IMG/VR virus record: IMGVR_UViG_3300032030_000035
Coordinates: 1-64,000 of that record
Direction: 5' to 3' (one strand)
DNA from: a virus
Lineage: Duplodnaviria; Caudoviricetes
DNA: 64,000 nucleotides
Shown: positions 18,879-27,993 of the stretch, in pieces
How positions within the stretch are numbered: position 1 is the stretch's first letter
How the letters are laid out: each line of letters opens with the position of its first letter
Made by a program: the position numbers and the translations under genes
The notes under the pieces: model-generated
Told to the model about the DNA's origin: nothing
The model's database searches: none
The model's input: only the letters and a program-made list of their open reading frames with translations

Positions 18879-20649
18879 ATGTTTAACAAAAGAAGCAAAA
18901 AGAAATCCAAAAGAACAAATATTAATTAATAGGGGAATAACTGATATCAGTTATTTAGAAAATACAGATAGTCATATCAATTCATGCACTGCTTTTAATG
19001 AAGATTTACTTAAAGCGGGAGCCAAGATGCTTTTATCACACATCGCCGCAGAAGATAAGGCTTTTATCATAGTTGATAGTGACTGCGATGGATTTACAAG
19101 TTCAGCCATTTTGATAAATTATTTGTATGAAGTTGTACCCGCATGGGTTCACTGCTTTCTTAAGTGGGGTATGCATGAGGGTAAACAACATGGTCTGAAT
19201 GACTTTGTTGATAGATTAGAGAATAGCGATTATAAGTTAATAATCTGTCCGGATTCAGCAACGAATGATATTGAAGCAATAGAAAGGCTTCATAATAAAG
19301 GCATAGATGTCTTAATACTAGACCATCACTTGTCGGATGTTCCTATGAGTCCTTATGCGGTAACTATAAATTCTCAATATGATTATCCTAATGTATTCCT
19401 ATCTGGTGCGGGAGTTGTTTACCAGTTTTGTAAATATTTGGATAAGATAAGCACTCAAAACATAGCAGATATGTTTCTTGACCTTACCGCACTTGGTAAT
19501 ATGGGTGATATGATGAGTATGACTTCTCTTGAAACAAAAGAATTAATTCTAAAAGGTTTTAAGGAGTGTAATATTAGAAATCCGTTTATTGAAGGTATGA
19601 GTAGAAAACAAGAATTTTCACTTAGTAAATCTGACTATAAGCCTTCTAACAATAATGATTTATTATTTACACCATTCGGTGCCGCATTCTTTATTGTTCC
19701 TTTTGTCAATGCTATAAACAGAAGTGGAACAATGGAAGAGAAAGAATTGATTTTTAACTCTATGTTAACTATGAAAGCATTTGAGTTAATTCCTTCTAAC
19801 AAGAGAGGGCATAAGTTAGGCGAAACTGAAAGAGTTTTAGACCAAGCGTTAAGAACTTGTACTAATGTCAAGAATAGACAAACAAGAGTACAAGATGCAG
19901 GAATGGAACTTTTGGAACAGTATATTCAAAAAGATGATATGTTGAAACATAAGGTTCTTGTTTTTAAACTTGCGGAAGGCGAGATAGACCGTAACGTAGC
20001 TGGTTTATGTGCTAATAAGATTATGGCGACATATCAAAGACCTGTATGTGTAGTTACTAAGACTAATGACGAGTATGTTGGGTCTATGCGAGGATATAAT
20101 AAAACTGGACTTGCAAGTTTTAAAGAAATTGCGGAAACTTCTTCCGCATGTAATTGGAGTAGAGGCCATGAGAATGCCGCAGGTATAAGTATTAGTAATC
20201 CAGATGCTTTTGTTAAAGATATGGATGAAAAATTAGCTAATATTGAAACTGATATAGTTTATTATGTTGACTATTGTTGGGAACAAGACGAAGTTAATGG
20301 AGATACAATATTAGCACTATCAGAAATGAATGATTATATTGGTACTGATTTTGATAGACCTCTTGTTTTTATCTCAAATATAAAAGTTGATGATAGTAAT
20401 TTAAAAGTAATGAAAGGAAATACTTTAAAGATTACTTTACCTAATGGTATTGATATTATTAAATTTGGTGGTACTGATGAAGAGATTGAACAATGGAGTA
20501 ACGGTACTATATTAAATATGGTATGTAAATGTAATAGAAATGAATGGAATTGGCAAGTAAATCCTCAACTTGAATGTGTTGATTATGAGGTTTATGAACC
20601 TTCAAATCAAAATAATGTTAATGATGTATTGAAATTATGGAATTTTTAA
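18868..20649 (+). CDS. recJ: RecJ-like ssDNA exonuclease (DHH family)
   Basis: DSDCDG, LDHH, LSGAGV, GSMRG, GHENAAG. Confidence 0.9.
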   Translation: MKIRCLTKEAKRNPKEQILINRGITDISYLENTDSHINSCTAFNEDLLKAGAKMLLSHIAAEDKAFIIVDSDCDGFTSSAILINYLYEVVPAWVHCFLKWGMHEGKQHGLNDFVDRLENSDYKLIICPDSATNDIEAIERLHNKGIDVLILDHHLSDVPMSPYAVTINSQYDYPNVFLSGAGVVYQFCKYLDKISTQNIADMFLDLTALGNMGDMMSMTSLETKELILKGFKECNIRNPFIEGMSRKQEFSLSKSDYKPSNNNDLLFTPFGAAFFIVPFVNAINRSGTMEEKELIFNSMLTMKAFELIPSNKRGHKLGETERVLDQALRTCTNVKNRQTRVQDAGMELLEQYIQKDDMLKHKVLVFKLAEGEIDRNVAGLCANKIMATYQRPVCVVTKTNDEYVGSMRGYNKTGLASFKEIAETSSACNWSRGHENAAGISISNPDAFVKDMDEKLANIETDIVYYVDYCWEQDEVNGDTILALSEMNDYIGTDFDRPLVFISNIKVDDSNLKVMKGNTLKITLPNGIDIIKFGGTDEEIEQWSNGTILNMVCKCNRNEWNWQVNPQLECVDYEVYEPSNQNNVNDVLKLWNF

Positions 20650-20662
20650 AAGGAGAAAGAAA

Positions 20663-21460
20663 ATGGCACTAATAGGAGCTATATTAGGAGATATAAGTGG
20701 TTCGCAATATGAATTTACACGTTTAAGACCTAAAGATTTAGATTGGCAGCATGTTCCACTTTTTACAGATAGATGCAGGTTTACAGATGACAGTCTTTTA
20801 AGTATTGCTACTAAAGATGCAATTTTAAAGAATCCCGATAAGCCTGATTTTCAAACTGCTTATTATGAGTTTGGTAACAAGTATTCTAAGTGCGGTTTTG
20901 GTGGTAAGTTTAGAGAATGGCTTCAGTCATCAAATCCGCAACCTTACGGATCATTTGGTAATGGTTCTGCTATGAGATGCTCTTTTATTGGAGAGTATTA
21001 TGATGATATAAATGAAGTTACCGAAAAAGCAAAAATGTCAGCAGAAGTAACTCACAATAGTCCCGAAGGTATTAAGGGAGCTTGTATTACTGCTGTTTGT
21101 GTATGGGCGGCAAGGCATGGAAAAACTAAAGCTGAGATTTTCGATTACGTTAAACGATTTTATGGAGACTCGCAAAAATATAAATATCCTATTACTTATA
21201 CATTAAAGACAATACGTCCTGTGTATAGATGGGATGTTACCTGTCAAGGTTCAGTACCTCCTGCGGTAAGATGCTTTCTTGAGGCAGATAATTGGGAAGG
21301 ATTTATGCGAAACGTAATGTCTCTTCCTTGCGATTTAGATACTCTTGGAGCTATAGGCGGCGGAATGGCAGAGGAATTTTTTAAAGGCACTGGTCAAGAT
21401 TATTTAGCGATTCTCGAAAGGTACTTGCCGCAAGAGCTGATAGATATTGTTTTAAAATAA
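20663..21460 (+). CDS. ADP-ribosylglycohydrolase (ARH/DraG family)
   Basis: GAILGDI.G..YE, FTDDS, GNGSAMR, TH, D.DT. Confidence 0.9.
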   Translation: MALIGAILGDISGSQYEFTRLRPKDLDWQHVPLFTDRCRFTDDSLLSIATKDAILKNPDKPDFQTAYYEFGNKYSKCGFGGKFREWLQSSNPQPYGSFGNGSAMRCSFIGEYYDDINEVTEKAKMSAEVTHNSPEGIKGACITAVCVWAARHGKTKAEIFDYVKRFYGDSQKYKYPITYTLKTIRPVYRWDVTCQGSVPPAVRCFLEADNWEGFMRNVMSLPCDLDTLGAIGGGMAEEFFKGTGQDYLAILERYLPQELIDIVLK

Positions 21461-21465
21461 AATTT

Positions 21466-21494
21466 TTGATTTTTATAAAAAATTATGCTATAAT
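21466..21494 (+). promoter_or_regulatory. Sigma-A type promoter, extended -10
   Basis: TTGATT-N17-TATAAT with TG. Confidence 0.8.
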
Positions 21495-21524
21495 TTTTAT
21501 ATAAAATAAAAAAGGAGAATATTT

Positions 21525-22055
21525 ATGCCTAATAATATCGGATATTTAACTGCCGCTACAGATAAAGCTTCTGATGAAACTTATACTCCGGCTTATGCAA
21601 TTTATCCATTGATTAAATATATTGATAAAAATAAAATAATATGGTGTCCTTTTGATGAAGAGGATAGTGAATATGTAAGAATATTTAGAGAAAATGGTAA
21701 TACAGTAATTGCCACTCATATTTTTAATAACCAAAATTTCTTCACTTATGAGCCTGAAAAATATGATATAATTATATCTAACCCACCTTTTAGTATTAAA
21801 GATGATATCCTTAAAAGGTTAACTGAATTAAATAAACCTTTTGCAATGTTATTACCATTGCCTACCTTACAGGGACAAAAAAGATTTAATTATTTAAAAA
21901 ATACTCAAGCCTTAATTTTTGATAAAAGAATTAATTATTTTAAGAATAAAGAAACGAAAGAAATTGTAAAAGGAGTAGCATTTGCGAGTATCTATATTTG
22001 TAAAGATTTTTTACCTAAAGATTTAATTTTTGAAGAATTGGAAATGAGAGAATAA
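21525..22055 (+). CDS. Small N6-adenine-type methyltransferase
   Basis: DETYTP, IWCPFD, NPPF motif IV. Confidence 0.75.
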   Translation: MPNNIGYLTAATDKASDETYTPAYAIYPLIKYIDKNKIIWCPFDEEDSEYVRIFRENGNTVIATHIFNNQNFFTYEPEKYDIIISNPPFSIKDDILKRLTELNKPFAMLLPLPTLQGQKRFNYLKNTQALIFDKRINYFKNKETKEIVKGVAFASIYICKDFLPKDLIFEELEMRE

Positions 22056-22056
22056 A

Positions 22057-23247
22057 ATGGAATTAACAAATAAGCAAGAAGCCGGTTTGGCGGAAGTGTT
22101 AAGAAAATATCATAATCATGATAAGTATGCAGTTATCTCAGGGTATGCGGGATCGGGCAAATCGACATTGGTAAAGTTTATAATTGAAGCGTTAGATGTC
22201 GAAAAAGATAAAGTCGCATATGCTACTTTTACAGGTAAAGCCGCCGAAGTACTCCGCAAAAAAGGTAATCCTAATGCTATGACTTTATGTAAGTTGTTAT
22301 ATGAAAGTATTCCTAAAAGGGGTGGCGGTTTTTTCAGAATACCGAAAACAACACTTGAATATACCGTGATAGTGATAGACGAAGTGTCAATGGTACCCAA
22401 GACAATGATAGATATGCTGCTTAAACATAAGGCATTTTGTATTTTTCTAGGGGACCCTTGCCAGTTACCGCAAATAGATAAAAAGGAATCTCATACACTT
22501 TTGGATAAACCGGATATATTTTTGGATGAAATTATGAGACAAGCACAAGAGTCAGAGATTATTCGGTTAACAATGGATATTAGAGAGGGTAAATCCATAT
22601 CCTATCAAAAAGGTAACGAAGTAATGGTAATACCTAAATCTGAATTAGTAACAGGACATTTAACATGGGCTGATCAGATTATTTGTGCTACGAATAGAAC
22701 TCGTATAAATTTAAATAATCAGACGCGGCAACTCTTAGGTTATAAGGGATTGCCTCAAACGGGAGATCGCATGATTTGCCTCAGAAATTATTGGGAGGAT
22801 ATTAGTGATTCTGGATCGGCATCTTTAGTTAATGGAACTACAGGAATTATTCAGAATCCATTTGAGACTTGGATAGAAGCTCCACGATATATAAAAATGA
22901 AAAATCATAAAATGCCGGTTATACAAGGTTCTTTTATCGCAGATGATGGTGAAACTTATTCAGCAGTGGATATGGATAAATATATGATAGAAACGGGAGA
23001 GCCTTTCCTTGATTGGCGAGAGTCTTATGCTCTTGGGCGATTAAAGATGAAAATAGGTGATATTATTCCAAGACAATTTACATATGGCTATGTAATAACT
23101 GGGTGGAAGGCACAAGGATCTGAATGGGATAAGGTTTTAGCAATAGAAGAAAATTTTCCTTTTGATAAAGAAGAACATATAAAATTTTTATATACTATTG
23201 CCACTAGAGCTAGCAAGAAATTAGTCCTATTAAAAAACACCCAATAA
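22057..23247 (+). CDS. RecD/Dda-like SF1 helicase
   Basis: GYAGSGKS, IDEVSM, GDPCQL, RQA, KAQGSEW, YTIATRA. Confidence 0.88.
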   Translation: MELTNKQEAGLAEVLRKYHNHDKYAVISGYAGSGKSTLVKFIIEALDVEKDKVAYATFTGKAAEVLRKKGNPNAMTLCKLLYESIPKRGGGFFRIPKTTLEYTVIVIDEVSMVPKTMIDMLLKHKAFCIFLGDPCQLPQIDKKESHTLLDKPDIFLDEIMRQAQESEIIRLTMDIREGKSISYQKGNEVMVIPKSELVTGHLTWADQIICATNRTRINLNNQTRQLLGYKGLPQTGDRMICLRNYWEDISDSGSASLVNGTTGIIQNPFETWIEAPRYIKMKNHKMPVIQGSFIADDGETYSAVDMDKYMIETGEPFLDWRESYALGRLKMKIGDIIPRQFTYGYVITGWKAQGSEWDKVLAIEENFPFDKEEHIKFLYTIATRASKKLVLLKNTQ

Positions 23248-23276
23248 TTTTTATTTTAATTTCAACGAATTTTTTG

Positions 23277-23318
23277 GGACAAAAGCATATAATCTTTTCT
23301 TTATAAAAATTATATTTA
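23277..23318 (+). promoter_or_regulatory. Putative phage-specific (class II) promoter
   Basis: GGAC-N9-TAAT-N16-TTATATTTA; same spacing as four other sites. Confidence 0.55.
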
Positions 23319-23360
23319 TATAGAAAAGTAAATATAATTTTAAGAAAAGGAGAAATATTT

Positions 23361-24344
23361 ATGAAAGAAATACCTGTTGGCAGGGCAAAAAATCTTATAG
23401 GTCAAAAATTTGATCATTTAACAGTTTTATTTAGGACAGAACCTCCAGAGGACAGTAAAAAGAAAAAGGATACATGGTGGGCTTGTCAATGTGACTGTGG
23501 GAATGAGGAATTAGTTAGAATTAGAGGAGATAGATTTAAAAGTGAATCTAATTTTTCTTGTGGGTGTGCATTTGAAAAAACTGGACGAAAAATTGATGAT
23601 TATATTCAAATAGGAAATAAATATGGTAAATGGAAAGTATTAAAATTCAAAGGTGTTATAAATACTCATGCGACATATTTATGCCAATGCGAATGCGGAA
23701 AAATACAAGATATGAAGGGGGCAGACTTAAAATTTAGAGAAAAGAAAAATTGTGGTTGTATTAATTGTAGTAAAGGAAATACTTTAGATATTACCGGACA
23801 GAGATTTGGAAAATTAATAGCATTAGAGCCTACTGAAAAAAGACGCGGTAGCAACGTTATTTGGAAATGTCAATGTGATTGTGGTAATATTTGTGAAGTT
23901 TCTTTAGGAAACTTAAGAAATGAAGATACTAAATCATGTGGTTGTATAGGTTTATCTTATGGAGAATTCTGTATTCAAGAAATATTAAATGATAATAATA
24001 TTTCTTATACTGTACAAAAAAGTTTTGATAATTGTAGATTTTCTAGTAATTATAAAGCTAAATTTGACTTTTTTGTAAATGATAAATATATTATAGAATT
24101 TGATGGTGAGCAACATTTTAAATATAGGTTTGAAAATAATTATCATGGATGGAATAATAAAGATAATTTCTTAATTACTAGAGAACATGACTTAATTAAA
24201 AATAAGTATTGTTTTGATAACAATATTCCTCTTATTCGTATTCCATATGACGCAGAATATGATTTAAATGACCTTAAACTTGAAACAACAAGATTTTTAT
24301 TAACACCAGAAAATGAGGAAGAATATTATGCAAAAAGAAGTTAG
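23361..24344 (+). CDS. Free-standing putative homing endonuclease (three Cys-rich repeats + PD-(D/E)XK/Vsr-like domain)
   Basis: Three xxCQC(D/E)CG...CGC repeats, then SYGE, FDF, IEFDGEQH, D..KN, LIRIPY. Confidence 0.75.
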   Translation: MKEIPVGRAKNLIGQKFDHLTVLFRTEPPEDSKKKKDTWWACQCDCGNEELVRIRGDRFKSESNFSCGCAFEKTGRKIDDYIQIGNKYGKWKVLKFKGVINTHATYLCQCECGKIQDMKGADLKFREKKNCGCINCSKGNTLDITGQRFGKLIALEPTEKRRGSNVIWKCQCDCGNICEVSLGNLRNEDTKSCGCIGLSYGEFCIQEILNDNNISYTVQKSFDNCRFSSNYKAKFDFFVNDKYIIEFDGEQHFKYRFENNYHGWNNKDNFLITREHDLIKNKYCFDNNIPLIRIPYDAEYDLNDLKLETTRFLLTPENEEEYYAKRS

Positions 24345-24666
24345 TATTTATGATATACAATATTCTGTTAAAAATAATAAAGTATATTTTAAAAGTAAAG
24401 AAAAAATAGGAACTCTTAATTTTAATTATAATTATCATTATGATGATATAGAAGATAAAATTTTGTCTTGTGATGAAAAATATAAAAATATATATGATAA
24501 AATGCAAATAGATAATACTTATTATCTTATAGAAGAAAATCCTTGGAATATTATAGGAGTTATTTCTTTGCATAAAGGATATATTTTTATAGACTGCGCA
24601 GAACATGATGATAGGGTAATTATTAAAACGGCTTTTCCAGATAAAAATTGCAATACTGTAAAATAA
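24328..24666 (+). CDS. Hypothetical protein
   Basis: ORF overlapping the endonuclease end; ATG at 24328 follows GAGG. Confidence 0.5.
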   Translation: MQKEVSIYDIQYSVKNNKVYFKSKEKIGTLNFNYNYHYDDIEDKILSCDEKYKNIYDKMQIDNTYYLIEENPWNIIGVISLHKGYIFIDCAEHDDRVIIKTAFPDKNCNTVK

Positions 24667-24685
24667 CAAAAGGAGAATTAAAATG

Positions 24686-24730
24686 GCGGGCGTAGGGTCT
24701 AGTTCAAAGTAACTTCAGACGCACGTCCGC
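24686..24730 (+). other. GC-rich hairpin overlapping a 9-codon mini-ORF (24683-24712)
   Basis: GCGGGCGT pairs with ACGTCCGC, GTCT with AGAC, AGTT with AACT; followed by ATTTT. Confidence 0.55.
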
Positions 24731-24742
24731 ATTTTATATTAT

Positions 24743-24771
24743 TTGATTTTTATTTAAAAATATGTTATAAT
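24743..24771 (+). promoter_or_regulatory. Sigma-A type promoter, extended -10
   Basis: TTGATT-N17-TATAAT with TG. Confidence 0.8.
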
Positions 24772-24800
24772 ATTTATATAAAATAAAAGGAGAATTAAAA

Positions 24801-25046
24801 ATGGATGAATGTAAAATGCTAAAAAATATGGCAGATTATTATATGAAAAGAGATGAACATGAGAAACACCTTAAAGGATATATATTTGATTCTCTTGTTT
24901 ATCGTTATCAATTAGCTCTTCATAAGGCTATCCTTTATGACCATAAAGATAAACCTATTTATTCTGATGATTTTCAACGTATTTATAATAGAGACCTTAG
25001 AAGATTTATTGAAATTTTAAATGAAGCAATAGGAGAGCATGACTAA
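24801..25046 (+). CDS. Hypothetical protein
   Basis: Promoter plus AAGGAG RBS. Confidence 0.65.
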   Translation: MDECKMLKNMADYYMKRDEHEKHLKGYIFDSLVYRYQLALHKAILYDHKDKPIYSDDFQRIYNRDLRRFIEILNEAIGEHD

Positions 25047-25459
25047 TGACAGAGGTAAAAAGAACAGAAAGAGGATGGGCGGGGCATTACATTTGTAGCG
25101 CGGACTGCTCCTTCCGCAGAAATACTTTACTTGAATATGGCAATAAGAAATGGATAATTTCTACTGTTGGATGTCAAGTTGCAAGGCATGAATGCTTACC
25201 ATATTATAGAAAAGGCGATATTATCGCAATAGGATATCAGAGATGGTACGAAACTATGGCATTTGAAGCTGAGAATATTGATGGTTATTTAGATGCGGAT
25301 GTAACAAAGCCAATTCAATTTACTAGTGACTGGGGTATCTGGGGAGAAAAATGGTCAAATGTATTAGAGAGATATAATAACCTTCCCGATTTAGCAGCTA
25401 ATGATATGCACGAAAAAGTTGTTGAAGAATTAACGGAAAAGATTAAAGGAGAAATTTAA
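25046..25459 (+). CDS. Phage hypothetical protein
   Basis: Translationally coupled (TAATG); GWAGHYIC..C.FRRNT..YETMAF. Confidence 0.7.
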   Translation: MTEVKRTERGWAGHYICSADCSFRRNTLLEYGNKKWIISTVGCQVARHECLPYYRKGDIIAIGYQRWYETMAFEAENIDGYLDADVTKPIQFTSDWGIWGEKWSNVLERYNNLPDLAANDMHEKVVEELTEKIKGEI

Positions 25460-25662
25460 TGTTTAAGAATTATAGTGATTGCAAGCATTGTGTTCATACT
25501 TCTGTATGTCAATATAAATCCATATTAAAAGAATCTTGTGATAAAATTAAAGATCATTGGGATAATCTTGCTATTCCAGAGATATTTAAATTAGAATTAG
25601 AGTGTAAAGAATATGAAGCTAATGAAAAAATTAGAGATAGTAGTCCTAACTCATGGTTTTAA
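25459..25662 (+). CDS. Small Cys-rich hypothetical protein
   Basis: CxxCxHxxVC...C; TAATG coupling. Confidence 0.65.
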   Translation: MFKNYSDCKHCVHTSVCQYKSILKESCDKIKDHWDNLAIPEIFKLELECKEYEANEKIRDSSPNSWF

Positions 25663-25697
25663 TTAAGGGAGAAGATTAAAGAATAAGGTGATTAAAA

Positions 25698-25940
25698 ATG
25701 AAAAATATTGAATATGAAATTGAATTAATTAACAATATTATCAAAGAGAGTGTAATACATGGCGGAGACGCTGGGGGTGCTTATTTTAGTAATACTAAAA
25801 AAGTTTATTCGGTAATTCAAGAATGGTTAAATTATCATGATTTAAGTGATATTTATATAGTAAACGATCAAAAGTGTTATGATTCAGAAGGGTGTTATGA
25901 CACTTACCCCCAGATAGTTTGTAAAAAGGGAGATGTATAA
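25698..25940 (+). CDS. Hypothetical protein
   Basis: AAGGTG RBS; HGGDAGGAY motif. Confidence 0.65.
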   Translation: MKNIEYEIELINNIIKESVIHGGDAGGAYFSNTKKVYSVIQEWLNYHDLSDIYIVNDQKCYDSEGCYDTYPQIVCKKGDV

Positions 25941-26123
25941 ATGTATAGATTAGTAGAAGAAGATAAGTTAAGAAGATTAATTGAAGGAAATATGCTTTAT
26001 GATGAACTTTGCGCTCAAGGAATAGATAATTGGGTTGGATTTGAATACGTTAACTTCCCAGATATAGATGAAATTGAAATAGAGTTAAATAAATATGATA
26101 AATTTGAGGAGGGCGATAATTAA
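25941..26123 (+). CDS. Small hypothetical protein
   Basis: GIDNW.G motif, which I recall from small phage proteins; RBS present. Confidence 0.65.
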   Translation: MYRLVEEDKLRRLIEGNMLYDELCAQGIDNWVGFEYVNFPDIDEIEIELNKYDKFEEGDN

Positions 26124-26296
26124 TGGAAATAGGGATAAATAAAAGTGATTTAAAAGATATTGACTATATTATAAACCATTTTGTAGAAAATAATAAACAT
26201 GGAACAATCTCTATCCCTTCATTAGTTTTTTGTTTACAAAAATTAATAGATGGAAGAGATGAATTAGCAGAAGCATTAAAAGAAGAAGATGATTAA
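26123..26296 (+). CDS. Small hypothetical protein (57 aa, not in ORF track)
   Basis: GGAGG RBS, TAATG coupling; MEIGINKSDLKDIDYIINHF...EEDD. Confidence 0.6.
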   Translation: MEIGINKSDLKDIDYIINHFVENNKHGTISIPSLVFCLQKLIDGRDELAEALKEEDD

Positions 26297-26337
26297 AAAT
26301 GGGGAAATAATTTTAATTCTTTTTGGAGGAGATTAAT

Positions 26338-27066
26338 ATGATACTTAGTTTATATCCACAATTTCAAAGATGGAGTGCCACAGGTTCGGTTTATATAGTA
26401 TCAGATACGCACTTTGATGATGCCGATTGCAAACTTATGAATCCGAATTGGATCACTCCAGAGGAGCATATGGCAATACTTAAAAAAGAAATACATAAAG
26501 GTGACACATTAATTCACCTTGGCGATGTAGGTAACGCCTCATATCTTGATGAATTAAAATGTTATAAAGTATTAATTACAGGTAACCATGATGTGTTAAG
26601 CAAAGTAGCTAGTCATTTTGATGAAATCTACAATGGTCCGCTCTTTATAGCAGATAGAATTATTCTTAGTCATGAACCGATTCATGGATTAGAGAGTTTT
26701 GCTCTTAATATACATGGTCATATACATAATGGATATAATGTAGCTTTTACTGATATAGGAGGCGGTAAACATAGAACATCTCATATAAATCTTGCATCTG
26801 ATGTAGTACAGTGGAAACCAACTAACTTAAAATCTTTAATAGAGACAGGTTTTTTAGCAGACATACCTAATTACCATAGAATAACTATTCAATTAGCAGA
26901 GGAAAAGAAAGTAGATAAAGATTCTACATTACATATTATTGAAAATATTCATTTAGATAATTATGTAAATATACCTAATCCTTGTAAAAATTGTAGTAAT
27001 CATCCATCTAATGGCGGCAATGGCATTTGTAATTGTACTTTAGGTGGACCAACTATAACTTGTTAA
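26338..27066 (+). CDS. Calcineurin-like metallophosphoesterase with Cys-rich C-terminal tail
   Basis: SDTH, LGD, GNHD, SH, HGHIH; tail CKNCSNHPSNGGNGICNC. Confidence 0.85.
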   Translation: MILSLYPQFQRWSATGSVYIVSDTHFDDADCKLMNPNWITPEEHMAILKKEIHKGDTLIHLGDVGNASYLDELKCYKVLITGNHDVLSKVASHFDEIYNGPLFIADRIILSHEPIHGLESFALNIHGHIHNGYNVAFTDIGGGKHRTSHINLASDVVQWKPTNLKSLIETGFLADIPNYHRITIQLAEEKKVDKDSTLHIIENIHLDNYVNIPNPCKNCSNHPSNGGNGICNCTLGGPTITC

Positions 27067-27087
27067 TTTTATAAAAGGAGTAATATA

Positions 27088-27300
27088 ATGAGAGACCCTA
27101 ATAGAATAAATTTATTTTGTAATGATTTAACAATATATTGGAAAAAATATTTCCCGGATATGCGTTTCGGTCAACTAATGTGTAACTTTTTTGGTTGGGT
27201 AGCATCTGAAAATGGTAAGCATAGAGACCCATTCTATCCTGAAGAGGAGAAAATGATGGAATACTTTAAAGAGTATTGTGAAAATCATAGCCCTTTTTAA
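27088..27300 (+). CDS. Small phage hypothetical protein (MRDPNRI...PDMRFGQL)
   Basis: AAGGAG RBS; N-terminal motif recognisable from phage hypotheticals. Confidence 0.7.
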   Translation: MRDPNRINLFCNDLTIYWKKYFPDMRFGQLMCNFFGWVASENGKHRDPFYPEEEKMMEYFKEYCENHSPF

Positions 27301-27321
27301 TAGAAGAAGGAGCTTTTCCAG

Positions 27322-27495
27322 ATGATTTCGAATATGGTTTTGAAGAATAATATAATTCAACAATTTGAACCAGTTGAAGATAAACCAGGTTATTATTGGC
27401 TTAATAAAAGAAATTATTTAATGATTTCAAAAGAAGTATTAGAAAAAGCAATTAAAGAATATGAAAATAGTCACAAGTTATTTTTACAAGATTAG
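27322..27495 (+). CDS. Possible small hypothetical protein (57 aa)
   Basis: AAGGAG 9 nt upstream of ATG; fills a gap but overlaps the next gene by 35 nt. Confidence 0.35.
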   Translation: MISNMVLKNNIIQQFEPVEDKPGYYWLNKRNYLMISKEVLEKAIKEYENSHKLFLQD

Positions 27496-27898
27496 AAACT
27501 TTACTCCAAATATAATACCTGTATCAACAGCTTTATCTGACCCGGCATGGTATAGACCGCCGCAAGGAAAAGAATATTATATTGATAAAAGAGGAGTAAT
27601 ATGCGGACTGCGGTATGAGCCGCTTATAGTCCAGCGATTTGGAACTAAAGAGTGTATTGGATTACATCAACAATGTCCTTTCTATATTGAAGGATATCAA
27701 TGTGAATGTATGCAAGAATATGAACAGTTACTTTATTCTCTTGTCGATAAAGAGAAAACTTTAAAAGCGTTTGAGTATTGCTGCAATAAGTTTAATGCCG
27801 ATACGATAGCTTTAATAGTTTACGAAGCACCCGCAAATCTATGTAGTGAAAGATATGCTCTTCAAAAATTTTTTAACTGTAAAGAGTTAATGTTATAA
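27461..27898 (+). CDS. DUF488-like protein
   Basis: N-terminal TSYF and C-terminal VYE....CSER pattern. Confidence 0.5.
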   Translation: MKIVTSYFYKIRNFTPNIIPVSTALSDPAWYRPPQGKEYYIDKRGVICGLRYEPLIVQRFGTKECIGLHQQCPFYIEGYQCECMQEYEQLLYSLVDKEKTLKAFEYCCNKFNADTIALIVYEAPANLCSERYALQKFFNCKELML

Positions 27899-27930
27899 GC
27901 AAGGAATATAAAAATTTCTTGCTTGATTTT
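27897..27930 (+). terminator. Possible terminator
   Basis: AAGCAAGGAAT...ATTTCTTGCTT followed by GATTTT. Confidence 0.5.
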
Positions 27931-27951
27931 ATTTAAAAATTATGATATAAT
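27923..27951 (+). promoter_or_regulatory. Sigma-A type promoter, extended -10
   Basis: TTGATT-N17-TATAAT with TG. Confidence 0.8.
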
Positions 27952-27993
27952 AATTATAGAATAAAATAAAAAGAGAAAGGTAAAAAATATATT

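Noticed and set aside
21525-24344. Methyltransferase + helicase + endonuclease as a restriction-modification system
   Set aside because: The endonuclease has its own promoter and a homing-type architecture, and the helicase is a typical phage RecD/Dda. Nothing indicates functional coupling.
24686-24731. tRNA gene (starts GCGGGCGTAG like tRNA-Gly)
   Set aside because: Only about 45 nt, with no D-arm, anticodon arm or TTCGA T-loop. Kept only as a hairpin.
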